This document shows, piece by piece, positions 37,570 to 41,961 of a stretch of DNA of 41,961 nt. Each line of letters starts with the position of its first letter. The stretch's first letter is position 1. This DNA is from a virus (Duplodnaviria > Heunggongvirae > Uroviricota > Caudoviricetes), in the IMG/VR virus record IMGVR_UViG_2695420685_000011. One strand, given 5' to 3'. A model generated the notes under the pieces. The model made no database searches and had not been told where the DNA came from. It saw nothing but the letters and a program-made list of their open reading frames with translations. The translations under genes and the position numbers were made by a program.

Positions 37570-38832
37570 ATGCCTTTTTTAATTTTCATTATTATACTAC
37601 TGCTCACCGTGATTTTTTGGGATTGGGTTGTTTTAAATGGTCAAATTGTTGGAACATTGGCTACAGCATTTGCTTTTATAGCAACAGCATGGAATGCCTA
37701 CGAAGCGAGAAAAAGTGCAAAAGCAGCTTTTTCAGCCCTTCAATTAACAACAGAATCATTGTTCGAAATGCGAAAGAGTGCATTTAAACAATGGTTTGAT
37801 TCCTTATTAAATCAACATGATGAGCTATGTCTTCTTGCAAAACAAATTATCGATAAACGCAAAGTTAATTTAAACAGCGATGAGTTACATAGACTATATT
37901 ACCCATTGGTAAAACAGCATGAGGTAATACAGTATGTGAAGCATATTATTAATATTTTTGAGTATGTGGATAGTTCATTTTATATTGATGGGGAATGTCT
38001 AAAGGAAAAAAGAGCGTATGTGTCACAATTAATTTTCAAAATCCCACCTCAGATGAAGTTGATCATTGCTATCTTTGGATTAAAAATCGATTATTGTGAA
38101 CATATTAATTCGGGAAAACTGTGTTGTTTATTGAATAAATATGATTTTTTCAATGATGAAATATTTTTTGATGATGCTTATTCAGATATGCCTTATCTGG
38201 ATGCATTCATAAACCTTAGATTCAACAAAATATTCAAATCTCGAATGATAAATTATTTTGATAATATCATTAAAAGTTATTATGTTCCATCGGACGTTAA
38301 AAGGGACTGGATGTTTCGAAACCCAAAGCTCGTGCCGTCGGTTCTTATGAATTATAAAACTCCTTGTTCTCCTATAATTAATGATTACTTTGAGAAGTTG
38401 CCTTTACATGTAAGAAACTACTTTGAGGAACTACTTAAAACCGCGAATGATAGAGTTACTCATTTTGACGTTTACATCCCACGCCTTATTGGTTGTTCAA
38501 TCGTGCAACATTACGAAGATGTGCCTTCCGAAAAAAACAGGTTAAATGACAGGAATGATGTAATAGCTATGGCTGAAGATTACATCGAGAAAAGAAAATA
38601 TAATCAACTGGATTACATACTTGAAGATATATACTTCAAGAGTGACGAAGATATAATCCCTGGCCACCATTTGATTGTGGCATTTGATGACTATGAATTT
38701 AAATTATCACTCATTAAGATAAATGAGAATAAAGATAGCGATAATCTTTTAAATCGAATTTATACTGAATCCAGTAGCATGGTTAAAGAATATAAGCGCG
38801 AAATATTAAAACTGGGCGACTATGTAAAGTAA
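37570..38832 (+). CDS. membrane-anchored hypothetical protein
   Basis: 420 aa; two N-terminal hydrophobic helices; very AT-rich and N/K/Y/F/I-rich; plus strand; terminator directly downstream. Confidence 0.6.
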   Translation: MPFLIFIIILLLTVIFWDWVVLNGQIVGTLATAFAFIATAWNAYEARKSAKAAFSALQLTTESLFEMRKSAFKQWFDSLLNQHDELCLLAKQIIDKRKVNLNSDELHRLYYPLVKQHEVIQYVKHIINIFEYVDSSFYIDGECLKEKRAYVSQLIFKIPPQMKLIIAIFGLKIDYCEHINSGKLCCLLNKYDFFNDEIFFDDAYSDMPYLDAFINLRFNKIFKSRMINYFDNIIKSYYVPSDVKRDWMFRNPKLVPSVLMNYKTPCSPIINDYFEKLPLHVRNYFEELLKTANDRVTHFDVYIPRLIGCSIVQHYEDVPSEKNRLNDRNDVIAMAEDYIEKRKYNQLDYILEDIYFKSDEDIIPGHHLIVAFDDYEFKLSLIKINENKDSDNLLNRIYTESSSMVKEYKREILKLGDYVK

Positions 38833-38844
38833 ATTGCACTGTTC

Positions 38845-38878
38845 AACAAAAAAGGGGCCGAAGCCCCTTTGAATTTTG
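38845..38878 (+). terminator. rho-independent terminator after the 420-aa gene
   Basis: Stem GGGGCC/GGCCCC region (AAAGGGGCCGAAGCCCCTTT) followed by a T-run. Confidence 0.7.
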
Positions 38879-38944
38879 CGCTGAAAAAAGTGTTGCTAGG
38901 ATGTTAGCAAGCTATGGTTAAGAACGTCTGCCGTAATTATCTAT

Positions 38945-39022
38945 CACAGCGTTGAGCGGTCTGGTTTATGTTAGCGGAGTCTTAATCGAGTTGATTAAAA
39001 GGCCAAACCGCTCAACGCTGTG
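38945..39022 (-). other. long hairpin (16-bp perfect stem) at the 3' end of the tRNA cluster
   Basis: CACAGCGTTGAGCGGT at 38945-38960 pairs with ACCGCTCAACGCTGTG at 39007-39022; possible processing or termination structure. Confidence 0.5.
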
Positions 39023-39024
39023 TC

Positions 39025-39111
39025 TGGCGGAGAGTAATGGAATCGAACCATCATCGTTTGCACAATGGGACGGTTTTCAAGACCGCTTGAGCACCATGCT
39101 CCCTACTCTCC
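39025..39111 (-). tRNA. tRNA-Ser (anticodon UGA), long variable arm
   Basis: Manual fold: acceptor GGAGAGT/ACTCTCC, anticodon loop CTTGAAA, T-loop GGTTCGATTCC, CCA end. Confidence 0.8.
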
Positions 39112-39431
39112 AGCTATTGTGATGGTCGGTGCTGAACTCCGACACAGGGTTGTAGCAAGCCCCGCAAAGCGCGCACTACTGTAGTTGCGGCACATCAGCC
39201 TGTGCATTCATCACAATGGTAAGATCACTACCTTTCGACCAGTCATTGTGCACATGAACGACGATTAACCGTAATGATATTATCGTTGTGTTGTGAAGCC
39301 AGATGCTTATCTTCTGGTTGCTTCAAAGAGCTGCACTTCCTCACAACGGTAAGAGCACTGGTCTGACTCTATCGATTTACGGCCTTGTGGGTCAGTATCG
39401 CCGATTCGCCCAATGCTCTTACCTGTTGTGT

Positions 39432-39507
39432 TGGTGCCGGTTAACGGACTTGAACCGCTGGCCATTCGCTTACAAAACGACTGCTCTACCAACTGAGCTA
39501 AACCGGC
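39432..39507 (-). tRNA. tRNA-Thr (anticodon UGU, tentative)
   Basis: Manual fold: acceptor GCCGGTT/AACCGGC, D-arm GCTCAGTTGGTAGAGC, anticodon loop TTTGTAA, T-loop TTCAAGT, CCA end; one mismatch in the anticodon stem. Confidence 0.65.
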
Positions 39508-39511
39508 AATT

Positions 39512-39598
39512 TGGTGGGGAGTGATGGAGTCGAACCACCCGAGTCGCCATGACAGTAGATTTACAGTCTACACCGCTACCTCTACGGACTAACTCCCC
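39512..39598 (-). tRNA. tRNA-Tyr (anticodon GUA), long variable arm
   Basis: Manual fold: acceptor GGGGAGT/ACTCCCC, anticodon stem-loop GTAGA-CTGTAAA-TCTAC, T-loop GGTTCGACTCC, CCA end. Confidence 0.8.
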
Positions 39599-39603
39599 TA
39601 AAT

Positions 39604-39678
39604 TGGCGATGGTGGGTGGATTCGAACCACCGACCAGTTGGTTAACAGCCAACTGCTCTACCGCTGAGCTACACCATC
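39604..39678 (-). tRNA. tRNA-Asn (anticodon GUU)
   Basis: Manual fold: acceptor GATGGTG/CACCATC, anticodon stem-loop GTTGG-CTGTTAA-CCAAC, T-loop GGTTCGAATCC, CCA end. Confidence 0.85.
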
Positions 39679-40456
39679 AATTCAGCACTGCCAGTATTTA
39701 TTACTCAACAGTGCCAATCGCGACGGTTTAGTTTCTGCCAGGAAACGCACCGCTACTTGCACTTTTCGTTAGTGCCAGACGCTTTCGACTTCGCTCAATA
39801 GTAGAAGGCAAAATCTTTAAGTAGATGATGTTTCTGAGGACAGCACCTACTTTGTAATTTATACAATGTGATGTATGGAATCATTTGTTGTGAAAACAGG
39901 CACCAATGGCAACAGTGGTTAAACCTACACAACAATCCCGTCTTCACAACGTTGAGGCCACTACTCCGATTGAATGTTTGCCCAACATGTTACATATCAA
40001 CGCTCGCCGGTATCTCTGTGAATAGAACCTTAGAATTGATAAAAATGTAATGGCCTCAACGTTGTGTGCTGGCTAACCATACCAGCCGGGCTACGTCGCC
40101 GCTTTTTAACCCAGTATAAACGACATAATTGAACAAAATGACGTAACAGGATGGGCGGTCAGTGGCTAAGAATCCGGGAGTCATATGGAGTTGAAAATAT
40201 ACCAACCGCCCATTCTGTTACTTCATCGGAGGGAACATGAATGTTCCCTCCTGCGTTCTGCAATCACACTCGCTCAGTGTGTCCCATTTCGGTAACGAGG
40301 CTGGAAACTGACCTCGCTGGTGTTTGGCTTATTAGGCTACTGCCAGATAGACTTCTTCGTTTGCACTTGTATTTAAGTTCAAACAGTCGCGTCTCAACGA
40401 AAACAAAGTCATCTTATACACAAAAGATAAGTAAGTAAATACTTATCATTGTATTT

Positions 40457-40747
40457 TTATTCGGTTGTGACTTTTTTGATCAAGGCCACTCTACGACTAG
40501 GTGTTCTTGTGATGGTGGCAGTGAATCGTTTCGCCTGGATAGTAATGGTTTCGTTCTCCTTAAGTTGCCCGTAGCGAGTTTCCACCAGGGTGCCAAGACG
40601 CCACAGACCATCATCGATACGTTTATGACTAGCAAATTTAATCAGCAACAGTTTTACGACTAACTGACCTACGTAAAAGGCGAATGCGACTCCGGCCGCT
40701 AAGAAATAGGTGGCCAACCACCATTCCCAAGAAGTTAGCTTGCTCAT
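40457..40747 (-). CDS. membrane-anchored hypothetical protein
   Basis: N-terminal TM helix WWLATYFLAAGVAFAFYVG; AAAGGTGAAAAA leader; start overlaps the upstream small ORF stop. Confidence 0.6.
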   Translation of the reverse strand: MSKLTSWEWWLATYFLAAGVAFAFYVGQLVVKLLLIKFASHKRIDDGLWRLGTLVETRYGQLKENETITIQAKRFTATITRTPSRRVALIKKVTTE

Positions 40748-40896
40748 TTTTTCACCTTTGTTTCATGAACTACCCGATACACGCGCTTTCCTATGCACAG
40801 TGTTTTGGTTTTAAGTTCCTGCTTAATCAAATCACGACAGATGCCGAAGCCGATAAGGAAGCCACCCATAAAAGCTAATGAGATGTATGGAATCAT
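40744..40896 (-). CDS. small membrane protein (50 aa; not in ORF track)
   Basis: My own translation: MIPYISLAFMGGFLIGFGICRDL...; AGGAG SD 8 nt upstream; start overlaps the upstream stop (TAATG) and stop overlaps the downstream start (ATGA). Confidence 0.4.
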   Translation of the reverse strand: MIPYISLAFMGGFLIGFGICRDLIKQELKTKTLCIGKRVYRVVHETKVKK

Positions 40897-41108
40897 TATA
40901 ACACTCCTGATTCTACTAATTGCTGTAGCAATACTTTCCCTTTATCAGTTAACTGGTAGTTGGCCGAACACTTCGTTTCAGAAACGTTTGCAACCAACCC
41001 TAACCGCTCTAACTTAGCCCGCGTTTTAGGCTTCCAGTACTCAGGGAACTCTGACCACTTACTGATTTCATGAAGTGTTTCCTTCTCCCGTTTACTTAAT
41101 ACGATCAT
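40896..41108 (-). CDS. hypothetical protein
   Basis: ORF with GAAGGAGAT SD; 70 aa. Confidence 0.55.
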   Translation of the reverse strand: MIVLSKREKETLHEISKWSEFPEYWKPKTRAKLERLGLVANVSETKCSANYQLTDKGKVLLQQLVESGVL

Positions 41109-41267
41109 CCTTAATCTCCTTCACGGTGTTGGTTATTTCTACAATGCGATAAATACGACCGCGTCTTTCTATAACACCGCTTTTAATGTAGTCATTGATG
41201 CAACTGGACATCACCACAATACCGATGAAAAAACCAACTGCTAAAAATGCAATCATCCAGCCGAGCA

Positions 41268-41271
<4 letters not shown>
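41092..41271 (-). CDS. small membrane protein (59 aa; not in ORF track)
   Basis: My own translation: MMLGWMIAFLAVGFFIGIVVMSSC...; start overlaps the ligase-like ORF stop (ATGA). Confidence 0.35.
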
Positions 41272-41958
<687 letters not shown>

Positions 41959-41961
41959 TAG

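Noticed and set aside
39342-39430. 76-89 nt sequence with a perfect 7-bp acceptor-like stem, considered as a fifth tRNA
   Set aside because: The stem extends to about 16 bp and there is no GTTC T-loop or canonical anticodon arm; interpreted as a hairpin RNA or decayed tRNA.
39868-40438. Plus-strand ORFs 39868-40050 and 40241-40438
   Set aside because: No ribosome-binding sites; both begin within or next to repeated DNA motifs and hairpins; more likely non-coding structured sequence.

Overview
Gene-dense, mostly minus-strand window that reads as the DNA-replication and nucleotide-metabolism region of a large phage or phage-plasmid. Recognisable products, from motifs read in the ORF translations: RNase H, Dam-like N6-adenine methyltransferase, DnaQ-like exonuclease, P-loop kinase, DHFR, thymidylate synthase, NrdB/NrdA, RuvC-like resolvase, SbcC/SbcD-like nuclease pair, RecA-like recombinase, 5'-3' flap exonuclease, gp32-like SSB, DnaE-like Pol III alpha, a CobS/CobT-like AAA+/vWA pair, glutaredoxin, a tyrosine recombinase with an XRE-type HTH protein, four tRNAs, and a ligase-like ORF at the right edge. 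Embedded at 17.9-19.7 kb is a plasmid-type iteron replicon (DnaA-box-like sequence, six clustered GATC sites, 4 iterons, rep gene, 12 more iterons) with P1/RepFIB-like architecture, so the element is probably a phage-plasmid; the gene content recalls SSU5/pHCM2-type elements, but this is from memory and needs a database search. The best candidates for an undescribed accessory system are two AT-rich, plus-strand, single-gene insertions in the minus-strand backbone: a nuclease-fold protein with a lysine-rich tail (26.6-27.6 kb) and a membrane-anchored 420-aa protein (37.6-38.8 kb). Other signals are a lox-like palindrome upstream of the recombinase, a dispersed palindromic motif family in intergenic regions, structured non-tRNA sequence inside the tRNA cluster, and an apparently interrupted ligase gene. 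All calls are based on reading the sequence and ORF track; no searches were run.
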